A stretch of 64,000 nt of DNA from a virus: IMG/VR virus record IMGVR_UViG_3300017927_000001. The stretch is one strand, 5' to 3'. The notes below the pieces were generated by a model. The model saw only the letters and a program-made list of their open reading frames with translations. It made no database searches and was not told where the DNA came from. This document shows, one piece after another, positions 7,780-15,678 of the stretch (the first letter of the stretch is position 1; each line of letters starts with the position of its first letter). The position numbers were made by a program, and so were the translations under genes.

Positions 7780-7968
7780 ATGGACCTCGAAGAAGCGAAG
7801 AAGTACCTCGGCGACCGCTATGTGCTGAGCCCGAACTACAAGCCCCGCACCACGAAGGTAGATGTCGCGGCCACTTTTCGCCGGGTGCTCCGGGCGAACA
7901 AGGTGAAGAAGGTGGTCAAGCTCCAGCTCGTGGTCGATGAGGTCAAGGCCGTGCGGAGGGCAGCATGA
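7780..7968 (+). CDS. hypothetical protein (62 aa)
   Basis: The ATG at 7780 follows the previous stop directly. MDLEEAKKYLGDRYVLSPNYKPRTTKVDVAATFRRVL... Confidence 0.5.
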   Translation: MDLEEAKKYLGDRYVLSPNYKPRTTKVDVAATFRRVLRANKVKKVVKLQLVVDEVKAVRRAA

Positions 7969-8330
7969 GCGACGGACCGTGGAGGGCGTGGGTTGGATTC
8001 GACGGGCGCGGGGTGTGGGTTCTGGGGACACGAAATCAGAGCTTCGATATGATTCTCGAACTGCATCCAGGCCCTAGCTTCGGGTGGGACATGGAGAAGT
8101 ACGCGAAGTGGCTGGCAGACCGGCTCAACACGTTCCCGCCCTACGACCAAGTCGAGACTCTTCGGCTTGAGGTCGAGAAGTGGAAGGAGCGGGCCACGCC
8201 TCCGGATCCGAAAACACCGGCCGAGGTCCAGAAGCGCATCGGAGAACTGCACGCAGAGATTCAGTATCTGAGTCGCATCATACTCGGCGACCCAACCAAG
8301 TCGGTGTCAACGATTATCCCGTCGCCGTAG
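7965..8330 (+). CDS. hypothetical protein (121 aa)
   Basis: ATGA-coupled. High GC3. Confidence 0.55.
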   Translation: MSDGPWRAWVGFDGRGVWVLGTRNQSFDMILELHPGPSFGWDMEKYAKWLADRLNTFPPYDQVETLRLEVEKWKERATPPDPKTPAEVQKRIGELHAEIQYLSRIILGDPTKSVSTIIPSP

Positions 8331-8366
8331 CGGGTCTTCTACGGCAAATCAAACCGAGGAAACATC

Positions 8367-9566
8367 ATGGCTAAGTTACTGAAGCCCTTACTTTGGATAT
8401 ACCACTGGATACTTTTGCTTCTTCGACTTCGAAAAGAAGAGACCGAACTGCCTCCTCCCGTAGTGGAGGAAACAAAAGTGCCGCCGCCAACCGAGGCCAT
8501 GGAGAAGCCGAAACAGAAGCGTCAAAAAAGCAGGCTACCGGAGACCTTGTCTGAACTTCTTGATAATTTGGAAGCCACATTCAAACATTGGACCTTGCCA
8601 CACAGTTCCATGTCTTGGATATCTAAGTGGGAAGTTCGAGGGTTAAGGAAATTGGGTGCCTACGTCGTCAATGCAGATGTGAATGCTTGGCTAGATGCGG
8701 CGAAAGTGGGAAGCGAGTTCTGTTTCATCCCAACAGAATGTCTTGAAAAATTTCCAAGCCTGATGCTCTTTGGATTTCCTGGAACAACCACGCCTGAATT
8801 TTCTACGTTGCGTTTTGCCTATGCCATCAAGCAAGAGAAACCCCACAAAGACGTGGAGCAGTTGAGAGGAGTGAATTACCTCTTTGGGTTTGCGTTCGCA
8901 TTTGGACGAAAAGAAGAGAAGCTAACTTGGCTTGTCTCCCATGTTGTGATAGATCCAAGCACAGGAAAAGTCACATGCTGCGCCGAGCGCGGTCCTAAGC
9001 AAAATATAATCCCGTGCCGCTCTCCAGCAGACAGAAAGAGATATGGGAGCCATAGAGTAATAACGACACAAACTTGGCACAAGCCTAAGATGGCTGCGGT
9101 AGCGGAATGGAAGAATTCCGATAACACGGAAGAAACTAAGACGCGAGCTATCGCAATTACATTCAGGGAGTGTTTTCGACTTTGGATTGACAGAAAGAAT
9201 CAATGGTCTGTGTCTGTTACCAAGAACGATGATCGCGTAACGTTTGCCGTTCCGACTAGATCTACGGCAGCATATTTCAAAAACCGGGATAAGATAGTGA
9301 ACGATAACGGTTCGACGAAACGAATCATCCATTATGTGCAAGAGCACACAAGATCCACCGGCGCATTCGTAAAGGCGCACATCCGTGGATTAAGAGAATT
9401 CAATTGGAATGGGTACCATTGTCTCGTCACATCCCCGGAGTTCCATCACCCGCTAACTTCGTTGGAGTGCGACATTTCTATGTGGAACAGAGAGGACCAT
9501 CCAAACGATAAAGGCATTAGCAGCGAAAAATTCGCCGGACTAATAGCGGAGATGGAGGACAGGTGA
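8367..9566 (+). CDS. orphan protein with an N-terminal membrane anchor, encoded on an AT-richer island
   Basis: A 399-aa ORF fills a sharply AT-richer tract (about 8340-9560). ATG is preceded by GAGGAAA. N-terminal TM (LLKPLLWIYHWILLLLRL), then a Pro-rich linker, then a Cys/His/Trp-rich globular part. The stop overlaps the SNF2 start (GTGA). I recognise no family. Confidence 0.65.
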   Translation: MAKLLKPLLWIYHWILLLLRLRKEETELPPPVVEETKVPPPTEAMEKPKQKRQKSRLPETLSELLDNLEATFKHWTLPHSSMSWISKWEVRGLRKLGAYVVNADVNAWLDAAKVGSEFCFIPTECLEKFPSLMLFGFPGTTTPEFSTLRFAYAIKQEKPHKDVEQLRGVNYLFGFAFAFGRKEEKLTWLVSHVVIDPSTGKVTCCAERGPKQNIIPCRSPADRKRYGSHRVITTQTWHKPKMAAVAEWKNSDNTEETKTRAIAITFRECFRLWIDRKNQWSVSVTKNDDRVTFAVPTRSTAAYFKNRDKIVNDNGSTKRIIHYVQEHTRSTGAFVKAHIRGLREFNWNGYHCLVTSPEFHHPLTSLECDISMWNREDHPNDKGISSEKFAGLIAEMEDR

Positions 9567-11137
9567 GACCGCGCTGGAGACGTAGACCATTCAAGCCCCC
9601 GGCGATTGCGAAGTCCGCGGTGCGTGCGTTCCTCACGCGCAAGCTGAACGACTGGCGGTGGATGAAGGAGATCCCAAGGGCCGAACTGCGGGAGGCGGTA
9701 CAAGGGATCGAGTTCCATACCAAGCCGCGCATCCACCAGATGGTCTGTACGCTGATCGGGGTGAACCAGCCGCGCTTCCTGTTCAGCCTGGACATGGGAG
9801 CCGGCAAGACCAAGATCGCACTGGACCTCATACGGCACGCGAAGCGGGAGGGCAAGCTGCGCCGCGCGCTGGTATGCGTCCCGCACTTGATCAACGTCGG
9901 CTCGTGGGCCATGCAGATAGAGGAGCACGCACCGGACCTGAGCTACTGCGAATTCGTGGGCAGCCGAGAGCGCCGGCTCGAGCTCCTCAACGGCAGGGAC
10001 TTCGACATCTACCTCATCAACTACGATGGGTTGAGTGTGTTCATGTCCGAGCGGTTCAAGAAGCGGGGCAAGAGCTTCGAAGGGGTGTCGCGACAGAACG
10101 CAGCCGCGTTCGCGGAGCTGTTCAACTTCCTGGTACTCGACGAGTGTCACAACGTGGGCAACCACCAGACGCTCTGGTGGAACATGTGCAACATCCTGTC
10201 GAACGCGGCCGACTTCGTATACGGCATGACAGGGACACCGCACGGCAAGAAGCCGGACCGGCTGTGGCCGCAGTTCAGAATCATCGACCGTGGAGACACA
10301 CTGGGGGAGACTCTGGGCCTGTACCACACCGCGTTCTACACACCCCACAAGCACCACTTCGCCGGCATCGAGTGGAGGTTCCAGCGCCGCATGGCCCTCA
10401 AGCTGCACCGCATCATCCAGCATCGCAGCTTGAGGTACGACGAGGACGAACTGGGCAGCCTGCCACCCGTAAGCCGCATCAAGCTCCCGGCTACCATGAC
10501 GACGGCGCAGCTCACACGGTACCGGCAGCTCACGGGGGAACTGCGGGCTGCGGAGGATCACAACGAACGCGAGCAGGTGTTCATCCGCACCCGGCAGGTG
10601 ACCTCGGGGTTCCTCGGAGCCAGGACCGAGGACGGGTTGCGGGTTGAGGTCGCGTTTGAGAAGAGCGGGAAGGTGCTGGCGCTGGAACAGTTCCTGCTCC
10701 AGCTCGACGAGTCGGAGAAGGTGGTTGTGTTCCACGAGTACACATTCAGCGGGAAGCTGATACGAGAGATGCTGGCACGGCACAAGATTCCGTTCACGGG
10801 GGTGGGCAGGTTCTTCAACAAGCTGGACCCACGCCAGGAACTCAAGAGGTTCATGCAGGACCCCCGGAGGCGGGTATGGCTGGCGCAAAACGCGGCGGGG
10901 GCGGAAGGCGTGGATGGTCTGCAAAAGGTGTGCCGGTACTGCATCTTCTTCGAGTCGCCGGTGTCGCCCATCACGCGCAGGCAGGCGGAGAAGCGCGTCC
11001 GCCGGGATGGGCAGAAGCGACGCACGTTCATCTACGATATTGTGGTCCCGAAGACTGTGGACACGCGGATCCTGACCTCGCTTGCTCAGGGGCGGGATCT
11101 TTTCGAGGCAGTGTGCAACGGAAGGGAGACCCTATGA
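9563..11137 (+). CDS. SNF2-family DNA-dependent ATPase/helicase
   Basis: Motif I LDMGAGKTKIAL, motif II LVLDECHNVG, motif III MTGTPHGKKPDRLW, motif V AAGAEGVDGLQ, motif VI RQAEKRVRRDGQ. Confidence 0.85.
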   Translation: MRPRWRRRPFKPPAIAKSAVRAFLTRKLNDWRWMKEIPRAELREAVQGIEFHTKPRIHQMVCTLIGVNQPRFLFSLDMGAGKTKIALDLIRHAKREGKLRRALVCVPHLINVGSWAMQIEEHAPDLSYCEFVGSRERRLELLNGRDFDIYLINYDGLSVFMSERFKKRGKSFEGVSRQNAAAFAELFNFLVLDECHNVGNHQTLWWNMCNILSNAADFVYGMTGTPHGKKPDRLWPQFRIIDRGDTLGETLGLYHTAFYTPHKHHFAGIEWRFQRRMALKLHRIIQHRSLRYDEDELGSLPPVSRIKLPATMTTAQLTRYRQLTGELRAAEDHNEREQVFIRTRQVTSGFLGARTEDGLRVEVAFEKSGKVLALEQFLLQLDESEKVVVFHEYTFSGKLIREMLARHKIPFTGVGRFFNKLDPRQELKRFMQDPRRRVWLAQNAAGAEGVDGLQKVCRYCIFFESPVSPITRRQAEKRVRRDGQKRRTFIYDIVVPKTVDTRILTSLAQGRDLFEAVCNGRETL

Positions 11138-11244
11138 AGACGCTCAAGCAATTATGGGATGCGCTGCTGTTCGGACTCGGGTTCTGGTTTGCAGCCAAGG
11201 TTCTCGAGTGGTTGACCCGGCTCATGCATTCCATCATAACGTGA
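11134..11244 (+). CDS. small membrane protein (36 aa)
   Basis: ATGA-coupled to the SNF2 stop. MKTLKQLWDALLFGLGFWFAAKVLEWLTRLMHSIIT. Its stop overlaps the primase GTG. Confidence 0.4.
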   Translation: MKTLKQLWDALLFGLGFWFAAKVLEWLTRLMHSIIT

Positions 11245-12218
11245 AATTCGATTGGAGGAAGTTTTGCCGGGAGGAGAGGCTCGAGTATGTGACCAGCGGC
11301 CCGAACACAAGCAAGAACAACATCAACATCAAATGCCCGCTCTGTTCGGACCACTCGCACCACATGGGCCTCTCCCTCAACATCCAGCGGCCATACTGGC
11401 ACTGCTGGAAGTGCAATCGCGGGGGCAGAGATCCTACGGCACTGGTATCTACCCTGCTCAACGTCAAGCACGCCGAAGCCAGCCGGATCGTTAGGGAGTA
11501 CCAAAGCAACCCGGATGACTTCGATGATCTCTTTGAAGAGGACCCAATGACCAAAAAAGAGGCTCCGGGAACTCTCGAGCTGCCGGCTAACTGTAATCCC
11601 ATCACAGACAACCGCGCAGCCCTGCGTTTCGTCGAGTACCTAGCCCGTGCCCGAGGCTTTGGCGCCGATGCGCTGCGAGTGGCGAAGGCGTATAATCTGC
11701 ACTACGCACTCGCGGGGAACTGCGCGCAACGCATCATCTACCCGGTCTACGACGAAGGCCGATTGGTTGGGTGGACGGGGCGCGCGATCTCTCATACGAA
11801 TACAAGGTACCTGAGCTCTGAGGGGGACTTAATGAAGTCCACGGTAGGCAATTTCGACGGCGCCCTGAAGAGCGGGCGCTGGCTTGCCATCACCGAAGGC
11901 CCGTTTGACATGATGAAGCTAGACTTCTACGGCGCCCCGATGGGAGTTCGTGCCGTATGCACGTTCGGGACCTCACTCAAGCTGGCGCAGATCGCGAAAC
12001 TCGTGCGCCTGCTGACCACGGGCCGGCTTGAACAGGGCTACGTCGTGTTCGACAAGGACGCGAACGGACCAGCGTGGAAGCTTTCCGAGTACCTATCCGA
12101 GACCACTAGCAAGCGCGTCATTGCCGCGCGATTGGAGGAAGCAGAAGATCCAGGAGACCTCAGCGAGAAGCAAGTCCTCGAGTTTCTTTCACAGCTCATC
12201 GAAAAGAGATCACCATGA
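11241..12218 (+). CDS. DNA primase (Zn-finger + TOPRIM, DnaG/T7 gp4-like)
   Basis: Zn-finger CPLCSDHSHHMGLSLNIQRPYWHCWKCNRGG. TOPRIM motifs LAITEGPFDMMKL (ExxxD-type) and VVFDKDANG (DxD). GTG 11241 is chosen because the upstream part of ORF 11082-12218 overlaps the SNF2 gene. Confidence 0.8.
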   Translation: MKFDWRKFCREERLEYVTSGPNTSKNNINIKCPLCSDHSHHMGLSLNIQRPYWHCWKCNRGGRDPTALVSTLLNVKHAEASRIVREYQSNPDDFDDLFEEDPMTKKEAPGTLELPANCNPITDNRAALRFVEYLARARGFGADALRVAKAYNLHYALAGNCAQRIIYPVYDEGRLVGWTGRAISHTNTRYLSSEGDLMKSTVGNFDGALKSGRWLAITEGPFDMMKLDFYGAPMGVRAVCTFGTSLKLAQIAKLVRLLTTGRLEQGYVVFDKDANGPAWKLSEYLSETTSKRVIAARLEEAEDPGDLSEKQVLEFLSQLIEKRSP

Positions 12219-12406
12219 CGAACGATCAACTCGCAGCCAAGATAGTCAATCGGCTGCTCAACGAGGGGCTTGCCAGAAGCACATGGCGGGACACCCATCC
12301 GGAGGCTTACAACGAGCTCGTTGAGCACCGCCCAGAGATGATCCGGGATGTGCTCAAGTTCCTGGATAACGAGAGGCCGCAGCGCCGTCCGAGGAACCGG
12401 CTATGA
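12215..12406 (+). CDS. hypothetical protein (63 aa)
   Basis: ATGA-coupled at both ends. Confidence 0.5.
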   Translation: MTNDQLAAKIVNRLLNEGLARSTWRDTHPEAYNELVEHRPEMIRDVLKFLDNERPQRRPRNRL

Positions 12407-12888
12407 AGCCCAAGATCAAGCACAAGGCAACGAAACCAGTCATCCACAGAATCCCAAAGGTCAACGGGATCCTTCAATGGTGGCTGCGCACCGACCTCGA
12501 CGAGAAGGAACTCACCCGGCTGCGAACCCTCAATAACTGGGAACGCTGGACCATCTGCGGCGCACACCGGGGCCAGATTGCGGCCGAACCCGGAGGGGTC
12601 AAGTTCTACTGCATTGGCGAGACGAAGGTGGTTGGAGTCCGTTTGCTGCGCGGCGACCGCCAGATTTGGAGCTACGCGCTGCTGAACAAGCAGAGGCCAG
12701 ACACCGCAGCGGCCGTCGAAGCGGCGAATGAGGCCGCGCAGAAGAACCCGTGGCAGGGGGTTGAGCAGCGGGTGCTGGACATCATGCTGCCCAAGAAGAC
12801 GAAGCCAAAGATCGCGAGCAAGCCAGCCAGCAGGTTCATCCCCAAGATCAAAGGAGCCAAGCGTGATAGTCGCCACAAGGAAGCATGA
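12403..12888 (+). CDS. hypothetical basic protein (161 aa) with similar Lys/Pro motifs at both termini
   Basis: The N-terminal KPKIKHKATKPVIHRIPKV resembles the C-terminal KPKIASKPASRFIPKIK. The 3' end overlaps the queD start by 26 nt. Confidence 0.55.
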   Translation: MKPKIKHKATKPVIHRIPKVNGILQWWLRTDLDEKELTRLRTLNNWERWTICGAHRGQIAAEPGGVKFYCIGETKVVGVRLLRGDRQIWSYALLNKQRPDTAAAVEAANEAAQKNPWQGVEQRVLDIMLPKKTKPKIASKPASRFIPKIKGAKRDSRHKEA

Positions 12889-13321
12889 GATCTGCTGCGG
12901 GCACCGCATCCACCTTCACGAGTCGAAGTGCCGGCATCTGCACGGGCACAACTACGGGTTCACGTTCCACTGCGCCGCGAGGGAGCTGGACCATGCGGGC
13001 CGGGTGATCGACTTCTCGGTCATCAAGGAGCTGCTGTGCCAGTGGCTCGAGGAGAACTGGGACCACAAGACACTCATCTACACCGGAGATCCGCTGGCGC
13101 TCGAGCTTCGCAAGCTGGACCGCGATGGCGTTATCCTGGTCACGTTCATACCGACTGCCGAGAACCTTGCCCGGTATATGGTCGACTACATTGGGCCGGC
13201 AAGGCTGCAAGGTACGGGGGTCGCCTTGGTGCGCTGTGACGTGGACGAAACGAGCAAGTGCTCGGCCAGCTACAGCATCCAAGACACAATCACGGTTTCA
13301 CCGGCGTCTCAGCGGCCCTGA
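12863..13321 (+). CDS. queD: 6-carboxy-5,6,7,8-tetrahydropterin synthase QueD
   Basis: GTG 12863 is preceded by AAAGGAG. HEICCGHRIHLHESKCRHLHGHNYGF carries the QueD/PTPS CxxxHGHxY-type motif. Length 152 aa. Confidence 0.85.
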   Translation: MIVATRKHEICCGHRIHLHESKCRHLHGHNYGFTFHCAARELDHAGRVIDFSVIKELLCQWLEENWDHKTLIYTGDPLALELRKLDRDGVILVTFIPTAENLARYMVDYIGPARLQGTGVALVRCDVDETSKCSASYSIQDTITVSPASQRP

Positions 13322-13350
13322 GACAAATCCCATCCTTAAAGGAAGTCAAA

Positions 13351-13953
13351 ATGGCAAAGAAGAAAGCTGAACCCGTCGACGTGCGCGCTGAACTGCTCGA
13401 GGCTTATGGGGTCAAGCCCAAGAAGAACGAGGAGGACGCGGCGCTGGCCGAACGGGTCGCCAAGAAGATGAGCGACGACGAAGACGAGGAGAAGTACGAC
13501 GCGCTCAGCGACGAAGCGAAGGCGTGGTACGAGGAAGCCGCGGAGGCGCTCGGCGAAGGCGGCAGCGGCGAGGTCGAGCCAATGCCTACCCTCGAGGAGG
13601 AAGAGGAGGAGGAGGAAGAGAAGCCCAAGAAGTCCGCCAAGAAGGCCGCGAAGAAGTCCTCCAAGAAGGACGAGGAGGAAGAGGAGGAGGAGGAAGAGAA
13701 GCCCAAGAAGAAGTCCAAGAAGAAGGACGAGGAGGAGGAAGAGGAGGAGAGCGAACCGCGCGTCTCCGGCGCGGATACCATCCGGCAGATCATGGCAAGC
13801 AAGAAGAAGCCGGGCTACTGGACGGTCGAGCGGGTCCAGGCGAAGTTGGAAGAGAAGGAGGTCGAGGTCGACGAGAAGCGCGTCTACCGTCTGGTCTCCC
13901 AGATCAACCGCTTCATCGAGATCTGCGACGAGAAGGGCATCTGGCAGGTATGA
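13351..13953 (+). CDS. hypothetical protein with alternating poly-Glu / Lys-rich repeats
   Basis: ATG 13351 is preceded by AAGGAAG. EEEEEEEEEKPKKSAKKAAKKSSKKDEEEEEEEEEKPKKKSKKKDEEEEEEESE is flanked by ordinary-looking N- and C-terminal domains. The gene sits between queD and folE and is ATGA-coupled to folE. Confidence 0.65.
   Translation: MAKKKAEPVDVRAELLEAYGVKPKKNEEDAALAERVAKKMSDDEDEEKYDALSDEAKAWYEEAAEALGEGGSGEVEPMPTLEEEEEEEEEKPKKSAKKAAKKSSKKDEEEEEEEEEKPKKKSKKKDEEEEEEESEPRVSGADTIRQIMASKKKPGYWTVERVQAKLEEKEVEVDEKRVYRLVSQINRFIEICDEKGIWQV
13594..13752 (+). repeat. in-frame tandem GAG/GAA + AAG repeats (coding low complexity)
   Basis: gaggaggaagaggaggaggaggaagagaagcccaagaag occurs twice (from about 13594 and about 13672). 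A near-identical module occurs in the SSB tail at about 23371-23500. Confidence 0.8.
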
Positions 13954-14534
13954 CCACAGCCCCCGATAAGTGGGGGCTTGTGCGTGCTTTTCTAGCGGGA
14001 GTGATAGGTGAGGATCCTTCACGTGAGGGTCTTCACGAAACACCCGAGCGGGTTGTGAAGGCTTGGGCATTTGAGTGGGGTTGGGGCTACACGCAAGATC
14101 CTGCTCGAGTGCTCAAGACCTTCGAAGACGGGGCGGCTAAGTACGATGAGATGATCGTCGTAAGTGGCCTCCCCGTCTACTCGCATTGCGAGCACCACAT
14201 AGCTCCATTCTGGGGCGAGGCGCACATTGGATACATACCCGACGGCAGGATCGTCGGGTTGTCCAAGCTCGGGCACCTCGTGAACATCTACGCTCGGCGC
14301 CTACAGGTGCAGGAGCGGCTGACCACGCAGATCGTCGACGCATTAGAGGAGCACTTGCGGCCGAGGGGCTGCGGGGTGATCCTGCGGTGCCGGCATCTTT
14401 GCATGGAGAGCCGGGGCCTGCGCGCACCGGGGGCCATCACCATCACCAGTGCTCTGAGAGGAGTGATGCTTTCAAATGAATCAGCCCGTGCAGAATTCCT
14501 CAGCCTCAAGAGCCGGGCATCGGGGCCACTCTGA
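13950..14534 (+). CDS. folE: GTP cyclohydrolase I (FolE)
   Basis: GLHETPERVVKAW, VYSHCEHHIAPFWGEAHIGYIP and LSKLGHLVNIYARRLQVQERLT are the canonical GCH-I motifs. ATG 13950 is ATGA-coupled. The Arg/Gly-rich extension back to 13524 is the out-of-frame reading of the E/K repeat. Confidence 0.9.
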   Translation: MTTAPDKWGLVRAFLAGVIGEDPSREGLHETPERVVKAWAFEWGWGYTQDPARVLKTFEDGAAKYDEMIVVSGLPVYSHCEHHIAPFWGEAHIGYIPDGRIVGLSKLGHLVNIYARRLQVQERLTTQIVDALEEHLRPRGCGVILRCRHLCMESRGLRAPGAITITSALRGVMLSNESARAEFLSLKSRASGPL

Positions 14535-15633
14535 GCCAAGGAAGAAGCCCCGTATCGACATCGGGGTCGGGTTGCCGCTGGCACTCGACTCCGGTGCCTT
14601 TTCTATCTTCAACAAGTTCATCGTGCCCAACAGGGGGAAGGGCCGAGGCGACCGGCAGAAGAGCAATACGATCCGGGACCAGATGAAGCTCACGTACCAC
14701 AAGAGCCGGGAGTTCCGCGCCTACCTTGCGGACTACATCAAGTATCTGCACGCGCAGGCGTTACCGTACACCTTCTACGTGACCCTCGACATCATCTTCC
14801 AACCGGAGGCCACATGGGAGGTCTACCAGGAGATGCGGAAGAACGGGTTGCGCCCGCTGCCAGTGTATCACTTCGGGGAGGACATCAGCTACCTGAAGCG
14901 GTACATGAAGGATACGAACTACGTCGGGCTAGGCGGTTTGGGTCACGAGTCGAACCGGGAGCGATACAAGTCCTTTGCGGACCCCGCCTGGAAGGTGCTG
15001 TGCGACGGGGACTACAAGCGCAAGCCACCCACGCACAAGGTTCACGGGTTCGCCATTGGCGGGTACGAGCTCATCAGCCGCTACCCGTGGACCAGCGTGG
15101 ATGCGACGACGCCACTGTACTTCGGCCGCATGGGCGGAATCCTGATCCCGAAGTTCTACCGGAGCGGGCCGGACTACTCCGGGGTCCCTAGCCAGCTATC
15201 GGTGACGCAGCGCACCGGCACGAACAAGAAGCATGTTGGGCACCATCGCGAGGGAGGAGCGAAGGAAAAGGCGCTGGCCCAGTATCTCGAGCTTCTTGGG
15301 CTAACCAAAGAGGAGGTGATGACGGACTACGTTGCAAGGGACATCGCAAACACCTATTTCACGAACGGCATGATGCGGGCGGTGCAGCGCGTACACAGCG
15401 AGCGTTTTGGGCAGGAGTACAAGACGCTCTTCTACGTGAGTGGCACGCCAAACCATTCAGACCCCGCCTCCATCCTGCTGATCGTTACGGAGTGGCTCCG
15501 CAACCTGCGGTTCGACGAGCACCTGGGATACCTCGGCACCTACTACAAGGTCCGGGGCGCGCGGCAGGTACTCGAGGCGGTGCTTGGGGCTTGGCACAAC
15601 GTCAGACCGAAATGGGAGGAAGTGCAGAAATGA
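14476..15633 (+). CDS. dpdA: DpdA-like (tRNA-guanine-transglycosylase superfamily) DNA 7-deazaguanine transglycosylase, putative
   Basis: It lies directly after folE. LALDSGAFSIF, VGLGGLG, KVHGFAIGG and TSVDATTP resemble the DSGxF / HxFG / DS(T) segments I recall for phage DpdA/TGT-like enzymes. The start is uncertain: ATG 14476 overlaps folE by 59 nt. Confidence 0.6.
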   Translation: MNQPVQNSSASRAGHRGHSEPRKKPRIDIGVGLPLALDSGAFSIFNKFIVPNRGKGRGDRQKSNTIRDQMKLTYHKSREFRAYLADYIKYLHAQALPYTFYVTLDIIFQPEATWEVYQEMRKNGLRPLPVYHFGEDISYLKRYMKDTNYVGLGGLGHESNRERYKSFADPAWKVLCDGDYKRKPPTHKVHGFAIGGYELISRYPWTSVDATTPLYFGRMGGILIPKFYRSGPDYSGVPSQLSVTQRTGTNKKHVGHHREGGAKEKALAQYLELLGLTKEEVMTDYVARDIANTYFTNGMMRAVQRVHSERFGQEYKTLFYVSGTPNHSDPASILLIVTEWLRNLRFDEHLGYLGTYYKVRGARQVLEAVLGAWHNVRPKWEEVQK

Positions 15634-15678
15634 AGTATCTATTTGGGACATCGTAAATGGAAAGCATTGGAGACACGT

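Noticed and set aside
8325-8344. Hairpin ccgtag-N8-ctacgg at the end of gene 7965-8330, as a terminator
   Set aside because: The stem is only 6 bp, there is no T-run, and it overlaps the stop codon. This is too weak to call.
9446-10924. 492-aa minus-strand ORF antisense to the SNF2 helicase. The same class includes 2218-3279(-), 5938-6810(-), 15457-17028(-), 18681-19949(-) and 22663-24078(-).
   Set aside because: These are typical high-GC antisense ghost ORFs. They are Arg/Pro/Gly/Leu-rich, carry no motifs, and are fully overlapped by plus-strand genes with clear catalytic motifs and operon-style start/stop coupling.
13594-13752. Possible CRISPR-like or satellite tandem repeat (also 23350-23745 and the GCx-rich repeats at 50880-51110)
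   Set aside because: These are in-frame codon repeats (poly-Glu/Lys; Ala-Ala-Pro) inside good ORFs. There is no repeat-spacer architecture and no cas genes. No CRISPR array was seen anywhere in the window.
13524-13949. N-terminal 142-aa extension of the folE reading frame (MVRGSRGGARRRRQRRGRAN...)
   Set aside because: This is the +1 reading of the GAG/AAG repeat of the upstream gene (poly-Arg/Gly). The canonical GCH-I sequence begins at ATG 13950, which is ATGA-coupled to the upstream stop.
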